This document shows, one piece after another, positions 1-10,008 of a DNA stretch of 64,000 bases. Location: NCBI GenBank assembly GCA_902594235.1, contig CACJLJ010000003.1, forward strand, positions 70,526 to 134,525, in the 5' to 3' direction. The stretch comes from an uncultured Pelagibacteraceae bacterium. Its GTDB lineage: Bacteria; Pseudomonadota; Alphaproteobacteria; Pelagibacterales; Pelagibacteraceae. The position numbers and the translations under genes are program-made. Below the pieces are notes generated by a model, which saw only the letters and a program-made list of their open reading frames with translations, searched no databases and was not told where the DNA came from. Each line of letters opens with the position of its first letter. The first letter of the stretch is position 1.

Positions 1-2
1 AT

Positions 3-1709
3 TTAACAAGCCCAGCATCGAAGGAATTTGAAAAACTTCTAAATAGCCAACTTTCAAAAAATAAAATTGAAGAAGGAAAAGTAATTGATGGAAAAATAAA
101 CAAGATAACTGATAAATTTGTTTTCTTATTTATTGATGGCCTAAAGAGTGAACCTGTTTTAGATATAAACGAATTAAAGAGTATGGGATGGAGTGAAAAA
201 ATAAAAATTGGTGAAAAAATCCCTGTACTGTTAGAAAGAATTGAGGACAAAAATGGTGAGGTTGTAGTATCTGCTAGTAAAGCACAAAAAATTAGAGGAT
301 GGGATAAATTAGTGGAAGCATATGAAAAAAATGAACCAATAATGGGTAAAATAACCTCTAAGTGTAAGGGCGGGTGTATAGTAGAACATATTGAAACTGG
401 ATCGCTAATGTTTTTACCTGGCTCACAAATAAGTGACAAACCCCTCAAAGATATTAGTCACTTGATGAACGAACCACAAAAATTTGCTCTTATCAAACTT
501 GATAAGGTAAGAGGGAATGCTTGCGTATCAAGAAAAGAAATTATCTCATCATTTAAAAAAGAGGATAAAGCAAAAATTATCGACAAGTATAAAGTTGGTG
601 ACATAATTAAAAATGCAGAGGTCAAGGGGTATAGCTCGTTTGGTTGCTTCTTTAATGTTAATGGAGAATTAGATGTTCTAGTACACCTACAAGAGATATC
701 ATATTCCAGAGTAAATCACCCAGATGAGGTATTTAATATTGGTGAAAAACATGATTTGAAAGTAATATCTGTTGATAAAGAAAAATTGCAAGTTGGTTGT
801 TCTGTAAAACAACTATCTCCAGATCCTTTTGAGCATATTGAAAATTATGAGTTAAAAAAAATATATAAAGCTAAAGTTGTAAAAATTATGGATTTTGGTG
901 CATTCTGTGAATTAGAACCAGGTTTAACTACTTTATTACATTCTAGTGAGCTGAGTTGGACAAAAAAAAATGTATCTGCAAAAAAAATGTTTAAAGTAGG
1001 TGACGAGATTAATTGTGTTATTACCGAAATTGATAAAGAAAAAAGAAGAGTTGCTATTTCGTATAGACTTGCTCAAGAAAACCCGTTTGAGTCATTTGAG
1101 AAGAAGTTCCCTATTGGAACAATCGTTGAAGGTGAGGTTGTAAATAAAAACGAATATTCGTTATTTGTAAAAGTTCAAAACTACGAAATTGATGCTTTTT
1201 TGCATTGCAATGATCTTACGTATTTAAATAATGGAGAAGAAGAACTTTCAAAATACAAAAAAGGAGATAAATTAAAAGTTAAAGTTTTGGAAATCAAAGT
1301 TTCTGATCAAAAAGTAAGAGTTGGACTAAAACAAACATTTCCAGATCCTTTTGATTGGTTTAAAGATAAAAAAGTAAATCAAACAATTACTGTAAAAATT
1401 ATATCCACTGACAATAAAGGATTGATAGTAAGACCAGAAAATTGTGAAATGGATTTCCAAATAAAAAAGTCACAAATTGCAATTAATGCTGCGGATGCGC
1501 GACCTTCAAGATTTACTGGGGGAGAAAGAATTGACTGTGCGATTGCTGAAATTGATTTTAATAAAAGAAAAGTTGTCTTAAGTATAAAACTTCTTGAGGA
1601 AATAGAAAAAAAAGAAGCATTGGAGAAATATGGAGCAGAGGGTTCTGGTAAAAATTTACCTTTTTCATCTTTATCTGATGATTTAAAAAAAAAAGATAAA
1701 AAAAAGTAA
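3..1709 (+). CDS. rpsA: 30S ribosomal protein S1 (5'-truncated by window edge)
   Basis: Tandem S1 repeats (YSSFGCFF, MDFGAFCEL). The frame is open from position 3 (LTSPASKEFEKLL...), so the track's Met at 183 is internal. ihfB follows. Confidence 0.96.
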   Translation, partial: LTSPASKEFEKLLNSQLSKNKIEEGKVIDGKINKITDKFVFLFIDGLKSEPVLDINELKSMGWSEKIKIGEKIPVLLERIEDKNGEVVVSASKAQKIRGWDKLVEAYEKNEPIMGKITSKCKGGCIVEHIETGSLMFLPGSQISDKPLKDISHLMNEPQKFALIKLDKVRGNACVSRKEIISSFKKEDKAKIIDKYKVGDIIKNAEVKGYSSFGCFFNVNGELDVLVHLQEISYSRVNHPDEVFNIGEKHDLKVISVDKEKLQVGCSVKQLSPDPFEHIENYELKKIYKAKVVKIMDFGAFCELEPGLTTLLHSSELSWTKKNVSAKKMFKVGDEINCVITEIDKEKRRVAISYRLAQENPFESFEKKFPIGTIVEGEVVNKNEYSLFVKVQNYEIDAFLHCNDLTYLNNGEEELSKYKKGDKLKVKVLEIKVSDQKVRVGLKQTFPDPFDWFKDKKVNQTITVKIISTDNKGLIVRPENCEMDFQIKKSQIAINAADARPSRFTGGERIDCAIAEIDFNKRKVVLSIKLLEEIEKKEALEKYGAEGSGKNLPFSSLSDDLKKKDKKK

Positions 1710-1725
1710 TAAAAAGTAAACTAAA

Positions 1726-2022
1726 TTGGCTATAGTAAAATCTAAGCTTTTAAAACAAATTTCAGCAAACTATCCAAATTTTTTAAAAAAAGATCTTAAT
1801 AAATTTACTGACATTATCTTAAAAGAAATCAAACTTACTCTTAAGAGAGGTGAAAGAGTTGAATTGAGAGGTTTTGGGATATTTTATACTAATACTCAAA
1901 AAGCTAGAATTTCGAGAAACCCTAAAACTGGTGAAAAAGTAAATACACCTGAGAAAAAAACAATTCACTTTAAAATGTCTAAAGATTTGTTTAAAAAATT
2001 AAATGATAATGAAGAAGAATAA
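1726..2022 (+). CDS. ihfB: Integration host factor beta subunit
   Basis: RVELRGFG and ARISRNPKTGEKV HU/IHF motifs; TTG start; canonical position after rpsA. Confidence 0.9.
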   Translation: MAIVKSKLLKQISANYPNFLKKDLNKFTDIILKEIKLTLKRGERVELRGFGIFYTNTQKARISRNPKTGEKVNTPEKKTIHFKMSKDLFKKLNDNEEE

Positions 2023-2704
2023 AACTATTTTTGTTGCTTGTGATACTTCAAATTTAGATGAAATAAAAAAAATAATTAATCAAACTAATTCAAATAAATT
2101 AAAAATAATTCCTAAATTTGGTCTACAATTTTTTTATTCGAAAAACGGAAGAAAATTTTTAGAAAAATTTAAAAAAGATTTTTGGTTAGATTTAAAGATA
2201 AATGATATCCCCCAAACAGCACTATCTGCCATTGATAGTCTAAAAGATTTAAGAAAATGTAAATATATAACAGTACATGTAAATGGTGGTTTGGAAATGC
2301 TCAAATCAATAAAAAAAAAAGTAAAGAAAATAAATAAAAATTTAAAAATTTTGGGAGTTACAATTTTAACAAGTCTTGATAATAAATCACTTAAAGATAT
2401 AGGTCATACAAAAAATGTAAAACAGTTGGTTTTAAAACAAGCAGCATTAATTAAAAAGTCAGGATGTGATGGTATAGTTTGCTCTGCTCAAGAAGCTATA
2501 ATGGTTCGTAGAAGATACAAAAATTTATTAATCATAACTCCAGGAATAAGATTGCCTGGTGATAGTTCAAATGACCAAAAGAGAATTATGACACCTAAAC
2601 AAGCTTTCAAAAATAAAGTTTCTGGTATTGTAATAGGAAGATCCCTTACGAGAGGTAACATAAAAAATAATACTAAAAAACTTGCTGATCATTTAAACAG
2701 ATGA
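2003..2704 (+). CDS. pyrF: Orotidine-5'-phosphate decarboxylase (start 2003 or 2009)
   Basis: DLKINDIPQT catalytic motif; TPGIR; VIGRS. Confidence 0.95.
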   Translation: MIMKKNKTIFVACDTSNLDEIKKIINQTNSNKLKIIPKFGLQFFYSKNGRKFLEKFKKDFWLDLKINDIPQTALSAIDSLKDLRKCKYITVHVNGGLEMLKSIKKKVKKINKNLKILGVTILTSLDNKSLKDIGHTKNVKQLVLKQAALIKKSGCDGIVCSAQEAIMVRRRYKNLLIITPGIRLPGDSSNDQKRIMTPKQAFKNKVSGIVIGRSLTRGNIKNNTKKLADHLNR

Positions 2705-3330
2705 TCAAAGGTTGTAAGATTTGTGGTATAAAAGATTCTGTTACTTTAAATTTCATAATAAATCATCCCTATCCTCCAAAATTTATTGGCTTCATTTGCA
2801 ATTACCCAAAAAGCTCAAGATATGTTGAACTTAACTCTTTAAAAAAATTATTAAATGTTAAAAAAAACAAAAGTGAATTTGTTGCTGTTTTAGTAAAACC
2901 TAATGATGAGGTTTTAGAAGAAATAAAAAATTTACCTTTTGATTATTATCAGTTATATGACTGTACTCCTGATACAATTAAAAATATAAAACAAAAATAT
3001 CAAAAAAAGATTATTACAGCCTTTACAATAAAATATGAATCTGATGTTCTTATGCATAAGTCATTTGCTAACGTAACTGATGTATATTTATTTGATAGTA
3101 AAGGTTATGAAAAAAGTCATAGCTTTGATCATAACTTGATTAAAAATATAAAATTAAATAGAGAATTAATGCTTGCTGGTAATATAAAATTTGATGATAA
3201 TCTAAAAAATTATGAAAAAATTGCCAATTATTTAGATTTATCTGGAGGCTTGGAAACTTCTGGATTAAAAGATACATCCAAAATAGATATTTTTTTAAAC
3301 AATTTAAATAAATTAAAAAATGAAACTTAA
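2701..3330 (+). CDS. trpF: Phosphoribosylanthranilate isomerase
   Basis: KICGI, YQLY, LFDS, LAGN, DLSGGLE motifs; precedes trpB. Confidence 0.92.
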   Translation: MIKGCKICGIKDSVTLNFIINHPYPPKFIGFICNYPKSSRYVELNSLKKLLNVKKNKSEFVAVLVKPNDEVLEEIKNLPFDYYQLYDCTPDTIKNIKQKYQKKIITAFTIKYESDVLMHKSFANVTDVYLFDSKGYEKSHSFDHNLIKNIKLNRELMLAGNIKFDDNLKNYEKIANYLDLSGGLETSGLKDTSKIDIFLNNLNKLKNET

Positions 3331-4549
3331 AAAAAAAATTCCTCTAATTGATCAACATGATCGTTATGGTTTTTGGGGTAGTAAATTTGGAGGAAGTTTT
3401 ATTCCTGAAACTCTAAAAAAACCTATAGAGGATCTAACACACGAATTTTCAAAATTAAGAAATAATAAGAATTTTTTAAAAAAAAGAGATTTTTATTTTA
3501 GGAACTATATAGGATCACCTACATCATTCGTGAAATTAGAAAATTTATCTAATCATTTGGGTGGTGCTCAAATATGGGCTAAAGTTGTATCAGAAGCTAA
3601 TGGTGGTGCCCACAAAATTTACAATGCAACTGTTCATGCCTTAATTTGCAAGGCTATGGGGAAAAAATACATAGTTGGAGATACAGGCGCAGGTTATGCT
3701 GGTAAAATGTTAAGTATGGCTGCTAAGAAATTTGGTCTCAAATGTAAAATTTTCATGGGTGTGAAAGATATCAAAAGACAGAAACCAAATTGTGACGCCA
3801 TGAGAGAAAATGGTGCTGAAATAGTTCCTGTATATTCAGGCAGTCAAACCTTAGTCGATGCAGTTAGTGAATGTATGAGATATTGGGTATCAAATTGTGA
3901 CACCACGCACATGTGCGTTGGAAGTACAGTTGGTCCAAATATATTTGTAAAAATTTGTGGATGGAGTACAGCACAAATTTCAAGAGAATTAAAAATACAA
4001 ATTAAACAAAAATTTAAAAAAATTCCAAAAAAAATTAAATTAATTAATTGTGTGGGTGGTGGAAGTTCAGCATATGGTTTTTGGAGTGAATTTATAGATT
4101 TTAACAAATCACAGATAGAATTAATTGGAGTAGAGGCTGGTGGTCCAAAAAGATCCAAACTTCATGCAGCTCCTCTAAGTAGAAATGCTAAAATTGGAAT
4201 TTTACATGGTGCAGCTTCTTATGTTTGTCAAAACAATGAAGGTCAAATTAATGACACTGAATCAATCAGTGCTGGATTGGATTATCCTGGAGTCAGTCCA
4301 ATACATTGTTTTTTAAAAGATACAAAACGAGCTAGATACACTTATGCAACTGATGAAGATGCATTAAAAGCATATATGATGGTAACTAAATTTGAAAAAC
4401 TTAATCCAAGTTTAGAACCTAGTCATGCATTTGCAGAGGCCATAAAAATTGCTCCAAAATTAAGTCAAGACACAATAATAATAGTCAACTCTTGTGGTGA
4501 TGCTAAAAAAGATAGAGATATTTTAAGAGAGAGACTAGGTAAAAATTAA
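3320..4549 (+). CDS. trpB: Tryptophan synthase beta chain (divergent active site)
   Basis: GAHK PLP lysine, VGGGS, SAGLDYPGV; located between trpF and trpA. Confidence 0.93.
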   Translation: MKLKKKIPLIDQHDRYGFWGSKFGGSFIPETLKKPIEDLTHEFSKLRNNKNFLKKRDFYFRNYIGSPTSFVKLENLSNHLGGAQIWAKVVSEANGGAHKIYNATVHALICKAMGKKYIVGDTGAGYAGKMLSMAAKKFGLKCKIFMGVKDIKRQKPNCDAMRENGAEIVPVYSGSQTLVDAVSECMRYWVSNCDTTHMCVGSTVGPNIFVKICGWSTAQISRELKIQIKQKFKKIPKKIKLINCVGGGSSAYGFWSEFIDFNKSQIELIGVEAGGPKRSKLHAAPLSRNAKIGILHGAASYVCQNNEGQINDTESISAGLDYPGVSPIHCFLKDTKRARYTYATDEDALKAYMMVTKFEKLNPSLEPSHAFAEAIKIAPKLSQDTIIIVNSCGDAKKDRDILRERLGKN

Positions 4550-5349
4550 TGAGTTCGTTGATTAACAAAACATTTTCAATTGCAAAGAGTGAAAACAGGC
4601 CAGCACTTCTCACTTACACAGTTGCTGGAGATAACACTAAAAAAAAATCTTTAGAAATATTAAAATCAATTTCTAATTACGCAGATATTTGTGAATTAGG
4701 TTTTCCACATAACACACCAATAGCTGATGGAGGGCAAATACAAACAAGTGCTTACAGGGCAATTAAAAATGGTATTAAAATTAATGATGTATTTTCAATT
4801 GCAAAAAATTTTAAAAAAGTAAAAAGAAATAAACCGATTATTTTAATGGGTTACTATAATATAATTTTTCAATACAACGAAGATAAATTTATTAAAAAAT
4901 GTAAAAAATCTAAAGTTGATGGATTAATTGTTGTAGATTTGCCTTATCCAGAAAACAAAGCTTTTGCTTTAAAATGTAAAAAAAAAAAAATTAATTTTAT
5001 TCAACTTATCTCTCCTACAACCTCTAGAAACAGGTTAAAGCAAATAATTAGAGATTCGCATGATATGATATATTATATCAGTATGTTATCCACTACAGGA
5101 GGAAAACTAAAAGTATCAACAAAAAAGATTCTTAGTGAATATAAAAAAATTAAAAAACTAGATAAATCTAAGTATGTTGTTATTGGATTTGGTATTACAG
5201 GCAAAACTATTAAATCTCTAAAAAAGGCAGATGGATTAGTTGTAGGCAGTGCTATTTGTAAGGAAATTACTAATTCAATTAAAAAAAGACAAAATGCTGT
5301 CATAAATGTCACTAATGTAGTAAAAAAATTAAAAAATAAAATAAAATGA
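4549..5349 (+). CDS. trpA: Tryptophan synthase alpha chain
   Basis: ELGFP, PIADG, GFGI, VVGSA motifs. Confidence 0.95.
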   Translation: MSSLINKTFSIAKSENRPALLTYTVAGDNTKKKSLEILKSISNYADICELGFPHNTPIADGGQIQTSAYRAIKNGIKINDVFSIAKNFKKVKRNKPIILMGYYNIIFQYNEDKFIKKCKKSKVDGLIVVDLPYPENKAFALKCKKKKINFIQLISPTTSRNRLKQIIRDSHDMIYYISMLSTTGGKLKVSTKKILSEYKKIKKLDKSKYVVIGFGITGKTIKSLKKADGLVVGSAICKEITNSIKKRQNAVINVTNVVKKLKNKIK

Positions 5350-6275
5350 ATTGGATCACCAAAATAATAAAAGCTGGTGAAAAAATAAAATCAGCTATCC
5401 ACAAAAGAGCTACAAAGGAAGATATTGCAAATAGTGATTGGACTTCATGTTGTAAAGGACCAATTTTAAAAAAAGATTTAGAAGATAATCTTTGGGTTTG
5501 TCCTGATTGTAATAAACACCACCGTATAAAACCAAAACAAAGGTTTGATATTTTATTTGGTAAAAACAATTACAAAATTTTTAAAACACCTATTCCACAA
5601 GATGATCCGTTGAATTGGACTGATTCAAAATCTTATAAGGATAGATTGAAAAGTGCTAGAAAAAAAACAGGAATGGATTGTGGAATGATGGTTGTTTCTG
5701 GTTCAATAAATAATATCGAAATCACAGCAGTTGCTTCTGATTTCGATTTTTTAGGTGCTTCGATGGCAGCGGCAGAGGGAGAGGCGTTCTTATATGGTAT
5801 ACAATATGCTATTGAAAACAAAACTCCTTTTTTATGTATAAGTGCTGGTGGAGGTATGAGAATGATGGAAAGCTTAATTTCTTTATCACAAATGACAAGA
5901 ACAACGTTAGCAATCAATGAGCTAAAGAAAAACAATCTTCCCTATTTAGTTTGTATAACAGATCCAACTGCAGGAGGTATAACAGCCTCTTACGCAATGC
6001 TTGGCGACATTCATATAGCTGAACCAGGTGCTCTTATAGCTTTTGCAGGCTCGAGGGTTATTCAAGGAACTGTTAAAGAGGAACTTCCTGAAGGATTTCA
6101 AAAAAGTGAATATGTTGAAAAAACTGGTTTTGTAGATTTAATTGTAGAGCGAAAAAACCTCACACTTAAAATTGGAACTTTATTATCCATATTGTTAAAT
6201 AAAAATCCTGCTATAAATACTGAAGAAAATGAAACTTCAGAAAATAGTCAAAAGATTACAAAAGCTGCATCCTAA
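5346..6275 (+). CDS. accD: Acetyl-CoA carboxylase carboxyltransferase beta subunit
   Basis: N-terminal Cys cluster; GGGMRMMES; DPTAGGITASYAMLGD; EPGALIAFAG. Confidence 0.95.
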   Translation: MNWITKIIKAGEKIKSAIHKRATKEDIANSDWTSCCKGPILKKDLEDNLWVCPDCNKHHRIKPKQRFDILFGKNNYKIFKTPIPQDDPLNWTDSKSYKDRLKSARKKTGMDCGMMVVSGSINNIEITAVASDFDFLGASMAAAEGEAFLYGIQYAIENKTPFLCISAGGGMRMMESLISLSQMTRTTLAINELKKNNLPYLVCITDPTAGGITASYAMLGDIHIAEPGALIAFAGSRVIQGTVKEELPEGFQKSEYVEKTGFVDLIVERKNLTLKIGTLLSILLNKNPAINTEENETSENSQKITKAAS

Positions 6276-7494
6276 AGAAATAGATCTTAGCTTAGATCGT
6301 GTTAAAATTCTCTGTGATAAATTAGGCAATCCCCAAAATAAGATAAAAGCTATTTCTGTGGTAGGAACTAATGGAAAACAATCTACGATAAATGCATCAT
6401 ATTCAATTTTAAAAGAAGCAAACATCAAATGTAATGTTTATACTAGTCCACATATTCAAAGAATAAATGAAAGATTTGTTTTTAATAATACGGAATTAAA
6501 AGATGACGAACTAGTAAGTCTTTTTGAAGAAGTGGAAAAAATCAATAACAATCAATCTATTACTTTTTTTGAAATGTTAACTGCATGTTTTTTTTATAAA
6601 GCTGCTCAATATCCACAAAATATTAATTTAATTGAGTCAGGGTTATTTCATCGTTTTGATGCAACTAATATACTAGAGAATAATTTAGCTAGCATTGTAA
6701 CATCTATAAGTAAAGATCATTTAGATTGGCTTCCAAAAAATGATAGAACACTAAAAAAAATTGTTTTCGAAAAAACTTCATCACTTTTGAAATCGATAAT
6801 TATAGTATCTAAACAGAATTCAAAAAAAACGGTTGAGACTATAAGAGAAACAATTAAAGATAATCAATCAAAGAAATTATTTTTCAATGAGGATTTTTCT
6901 TATTCAAATTTAGAAAATAATTTTTTTTATTACGAGGATAAATTTGGTGGTCTGAAACTTCCATCGCCTAATATATTAGGTCAATATCAATTAGAAAATA
7001 TTTCAACAGCAATTGCAACATTGCGGGTGCTAGGTATAAAGATAAGTGACAAACATATTAAAACTGGTATCACTAAAATAAACTGCGTTGCACGACTTCA
7101 AGAAATAAAATCTGGAAAACTAAAAAAATTAGTTAAAAATAATAGATTATTAGTAGACGGGAGTCACAATGAGGATGGATCTAGAGTCTTAAATGAGTAT
7201 CTTGGATCATTAGATTGTAAAAAACATGTTATAATAGGAATGATGTCTAATAAAGATCACGAAAAATATATAAGTTATTTTAAAAATATTTCATCCTTAA
7301 CTACAGTCGATATTCCCAATCAACCAAATGCAATAAGTGGAAAACAACTGAAAGAAAAATTTAAAAATATCCCTAATGTTCAGTACAAAAAAAGTATTGA
7401 ACAAGCAATCAAGTCTATACCCTTACAAAAAAATGATTTATTGATTATCACTGGGTCACTTTATTTAAGCGGCGAATTCTTAAATTTAAATTAA
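6229..7494 (+). CDS. folC: Folylpolyglutamate/dihydrofolate synthase
   Basis: VVGTNGK P-loop, YTSPH, TFFE, ESGL, DGSHN, TGSLYL. Confidence 0.95.
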   Translation: MKLQKIVKRLQKLHPKEIDLSLDRVKILCDKLGNPQNKIKAISVVGTNGKQSTINASYSILKEANIKCNVYTSPHIQRINERFVFNNTELKDDELVSLFEEVEKINNNQSITFFEMLTACFFYKAAQYPQNINLIESGLFHRFDATNILENNLASIVTSISKDHLDWLPKNDRTLKKIVFEKTSSLLKSIIIVSKQNSKKTVETIRETIKDNQSKKLFFNEDFSYSNLENNFFYYEDKFGGLKLPSPNILGQYQLENISTAIATLRVLGIKISDKHIKTGITKINCVARLQEIKSGKLKKLVKNNRLLVDGSHNEDGSRVLNEYLGSLDCKKHVIIGMMSNKDHEKYISYFKNISSLTTVDIPNQPNAISGKQLKEKFKNIPNVQYKKSIEQAIKSIPLQKNDLLIITGSLYLSGEFLNLN

Positions 7495-7808
7495 ATATTC
7501 TTTTCTAAGAATTCTTTCATATTGCTCTCTGGAACTCCACCAACTTTTCTATCTACCTCAATACCCTTTTTATAAATTATTACTGTTGGTACCCCTCTAA
7601 TGCCTGCAGAACTACCTGTATTAATTCCACCATCTTCAATATCTGCATAATAAAAACCAGCTTTACCTTTAAACTCTTCTGCCAATTTATCCATAATCGG
7701 CTTTAAAGCCTTGCAAGGGCCACACCATGCTGCACTAAATTGAATCACAGAGACATCCTCATTTTTGATTTTATTATCAAAATCTTCATCTTTAAAATCT
7801 ATAAGCAT
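7491..7808 (-). CDS. trxA: Thioredoxin
   Basis: WCGPC active site; IRGVPT; convergent with folC as in other alphaproteobacteria. Confidence 0.95.
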   Translation of the reverse strand: MLIDFKDEDFDNKIKNEDVSVIQFSAAWCGPCKALKPIMDKLAEEFKGKAGFYYADIEDGGINTGSSAGIRGVPTVIIYKKGIEVDRKVGGVPESNMKEFLEKNI

Positions 7809-7842
7809 TCAATCTATCTATAATTATTATTGTTAATGTCAA

Positions 7843-9279
7843 CTATGCTAATTCATATTTCTTTTCAATTGACATTATAAATTTATTAATTTCGTCCAAT
7901 TTTCTCAACTCCTCCTCGTCATCTCTATTTGAAGCTTGATCTCTTAAATAATCAATTTCTGTATAAGCCATTCCGATAGTTTGCCATTTTTCTTTATTTT
8001 TACTTAATATTCTTCTAGCAATTTCACTCTTGATATTCTTGTATAGATCAGGTGGTAAGATTTGTGGAGCCTCTTGATAAATAATCTTTTGACCAAACCA
8101 ACTACATCTTTTATCTTGAAACTTATCTAACAATCTTAATTTATCTTCCCATGATGAACTATGCCATGTTTTAAATAATGCAGTATCTTTATTAGGAATA
8201 AATTTTTCATACAAAGTTTCCTCTGGTAATAAATCTTCTTGTGTTTTAGTTTGTTCCTTTTCTTCTGCTGCTTCTCTATTTATAGTTTGTATATTTTTAC
8301 AAAATTTCTCACTATTTCTTACAAGGGATGCTCTTTTCTTAATTATTTCTAAATCTAAATCAGAATATGGTTTTTGTTTTAACGCAAACTCTTTATTCAA
8401 AACTATTGGAGCTTTATTTGTTTTTAAAACTCTTAACGCTTTGGGGCTAAATTTTTTTAATGTGTCTCTTAATTGATTAACCGATAGATCTAATAAAGGT
8501 TCTGGATCTCTTCTCAAATCCCAAAGATATCCCCAAGATGCATAAGAGGGGTGAAAACATTGATTTGGATGCAATGTGCTAACTAAATACATCATATTTC
8601 TTCCCTTCACATTTTCAAAAATTGAATATACTCCATCACTTTTTAAAATTGTCTCTACACTTGCTTTTGTTGATGTCTTTAAAAATGTTTGCCAGTTTTC
8701 TTTATGTTTGTCTCTTATAATCCTAAGAACTTTTAATGAATTTTGAGCATCTACGTAAGCTGTATGGCTTGCTGAGGTATCAAAACCCTGCATTCTAGAT
8801 AAAGACTCTAATGCAAGACTTGGGTTTCCAGCTTCAGTTAATTCTGTTTTTAAAGTTTCAGGATCTAATGTTTGAGCAGCTCTTGCTATATGAAGACCAT
8901 CATGTTCTTGGTTAGGTGATGAATGAGTAGCATAAGGATAACGATTACCTTTAAAAAAATTAAAATGGAACATTCTTCGATCAAAATTTAAGTTCGACCA
9001 ACCCATAAACATTGCTGGAGCACATTTTGAAAAAAAATTTTCAACAGCACCTAAAAAATCGTAATGTGAATAATTACCCTTCGTTAATAAATCTATGCTT
9101 GTTGAATTTACTAATAACGCTTTAGCTGAAGGAACTTCCCCCTCAGGCATACGCCCCCTAATATTTAACTTTCCAATTTCTTTTAAATTCTTATCAACAA
9201 CAACTGCTCCAACCTCAATTATAGATCCCCAAATAGTGCTATTAGTTGTCTCAGTATCGTAAATTACAATTTTATCCAT
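7843..9279 (-). CDS. sbcB: Exodeoxyribonuclease I (3'-5' ssDNA exonuclease)
   Basis: DEDDh motifs YDTET, NLNFD and SHTAYVDA; NKAPIVL; 478 aa matches ExoI length. Confidence 0.85.
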   Translation of the reverse strand: MDKIVIYDTETTNSTIWGSIIEVGAVVVDKNLKEIGKLNIRGRMPEGEVPSAKALLVNSTSIDLLTKGNYSHYDFLGAVENFFSKCAPAMFMGWSNLNFDRRMFHFNFFKGNRYPYATHSSPNQEHDGLHIARAAQTLDPETLKTELTEAGNPSLALESLSRMQGFDTSASHTAYVDAQNSLKVLRIIRDKHKENWQTFLKTSTKASVETILKSDGVYSIFENVKGRNMMYLVSTLHPNQCFHPSYASWGYLWDLRRDPEPLLDLSVNQLRDTLKKFSPKALRVLKTNKAPIVLNKEFALKQKPYSDLDLEIIKKRASLVRNSEKFCKNIQTINREAAEEKEQTKTQEDLLPEETLYEKFIPNKDTALFKTWHSSSWEDKLRLLDKFQDKRCSWFGQKIIYQEAPQILPPDLYKNIKSEIARRILSKNKEKWQTIGMAYTEIDYLRDQASNRDDEEELRKLDEINKFIMSIEKKYELA

Positions 9280-9284
9280 TTTAA

Positions 9285-9971
9285 TTAACCTAAGTTACTC
9301 ATTTCATTAAATTTTTTTAATCTACCTAAAAACAAATTTTGATAAGTTATTAATTCTGGGCCTTGAATTTTAAATTCTTGGAATAAATTATCTACTGTAC
9401 AAACAAGAATAATACAAGCTCTGATATTTGAATTGTAAACAACATTATGCGCCAAAGAATAGGCTGCTGTTTGTAAAAACCAAGAATCTATGTATTCTGC
9501 TTTTTTCGGTTTATTTGATTGTTTGAAATCAATTATAGTTTCTTTCCCTTCATACACCCCAACACAATCTGCTGTGCCCGCATATCTATCAGGATAATAC
9601 ATTGTGCATTCCACACCGTATATCTCGTCTAATCTGTTTGTTAATCCTTTATCTATAATTTCTTTTGCCATCTTTTTATATTGTTCATTATCTTCAAAAA
9701 AACTTAAATTTTCTCTACCCAAAAGAAAAGACTCTAAATAGCTATGCATCTGAGAACCTCTACTGCTTGCAGCTTTTGTAATCGCTTCTGCCTCCTTTTG
9801 ACCAGTTCTTTCTCGCCAATTTGCCAAAGCTGCTTTATCCTCTTCAGATTTTGTTGCATCAAGAATTGACGTAACACTTGGTAATTTTGTTTCACCTAAT
9901 ATGTATCTTCTTATCCCATCTTCTGTTGCTCTTGATGATGTGGGATAACTGTATTTCTTATTCCAACGCAT
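9285..9971 (-). CDS. Stand-alone RecB-type PD-(D/E)XK exonuclease (MGME1/phage-exonuclease-like)
   Basis: LPSVTSIL; W..R; G..MH..LE; YAGTADC...IIDFKQS; QTAAY (RecB-family QxxxY motif). Confidence 0.8.
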   Translation of the reverse strand: MRWNKKYSYPTSSRATEDGIRRYILGETKLPSVTSILDATKSEEDKAALANWRERTGQKEAEAITKAASSRGSQMHSYLESFLLGRENLSFFEDNEQYKKMAKEIIDKGLTNRLDEIYGVECTMYYPDRYAGTADCVGVYEGKETIIDFKQSNKPKKAEYIDSWFLQTAAYSLAHNVVYNSNIRACIILVCTVDNLFQEFKIQGPELITYQNLFLGRLKKFNEMSNLG

Positions 9972-10008
9972 GAGATTTCTTATAATCGGTATTATCTAAA
10001 AAAAGAAA

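Noticed and set aside
4978-4990. 13-A homopolymer in trpA as a phase-variation site
   Set aside because: It is in frame (poly-Lys) in a biosynthetic gene, and long A/T runs are common throughout this AT-rich window.
3844-6428. Antisense ORFs (3844-4158, 5073-5312, 5312-5569, 5633-5935, 6237-6428)
   Set aside because: Shadow frames of trpB, trpA, accD and folC with no motifs; expected from codon bias.
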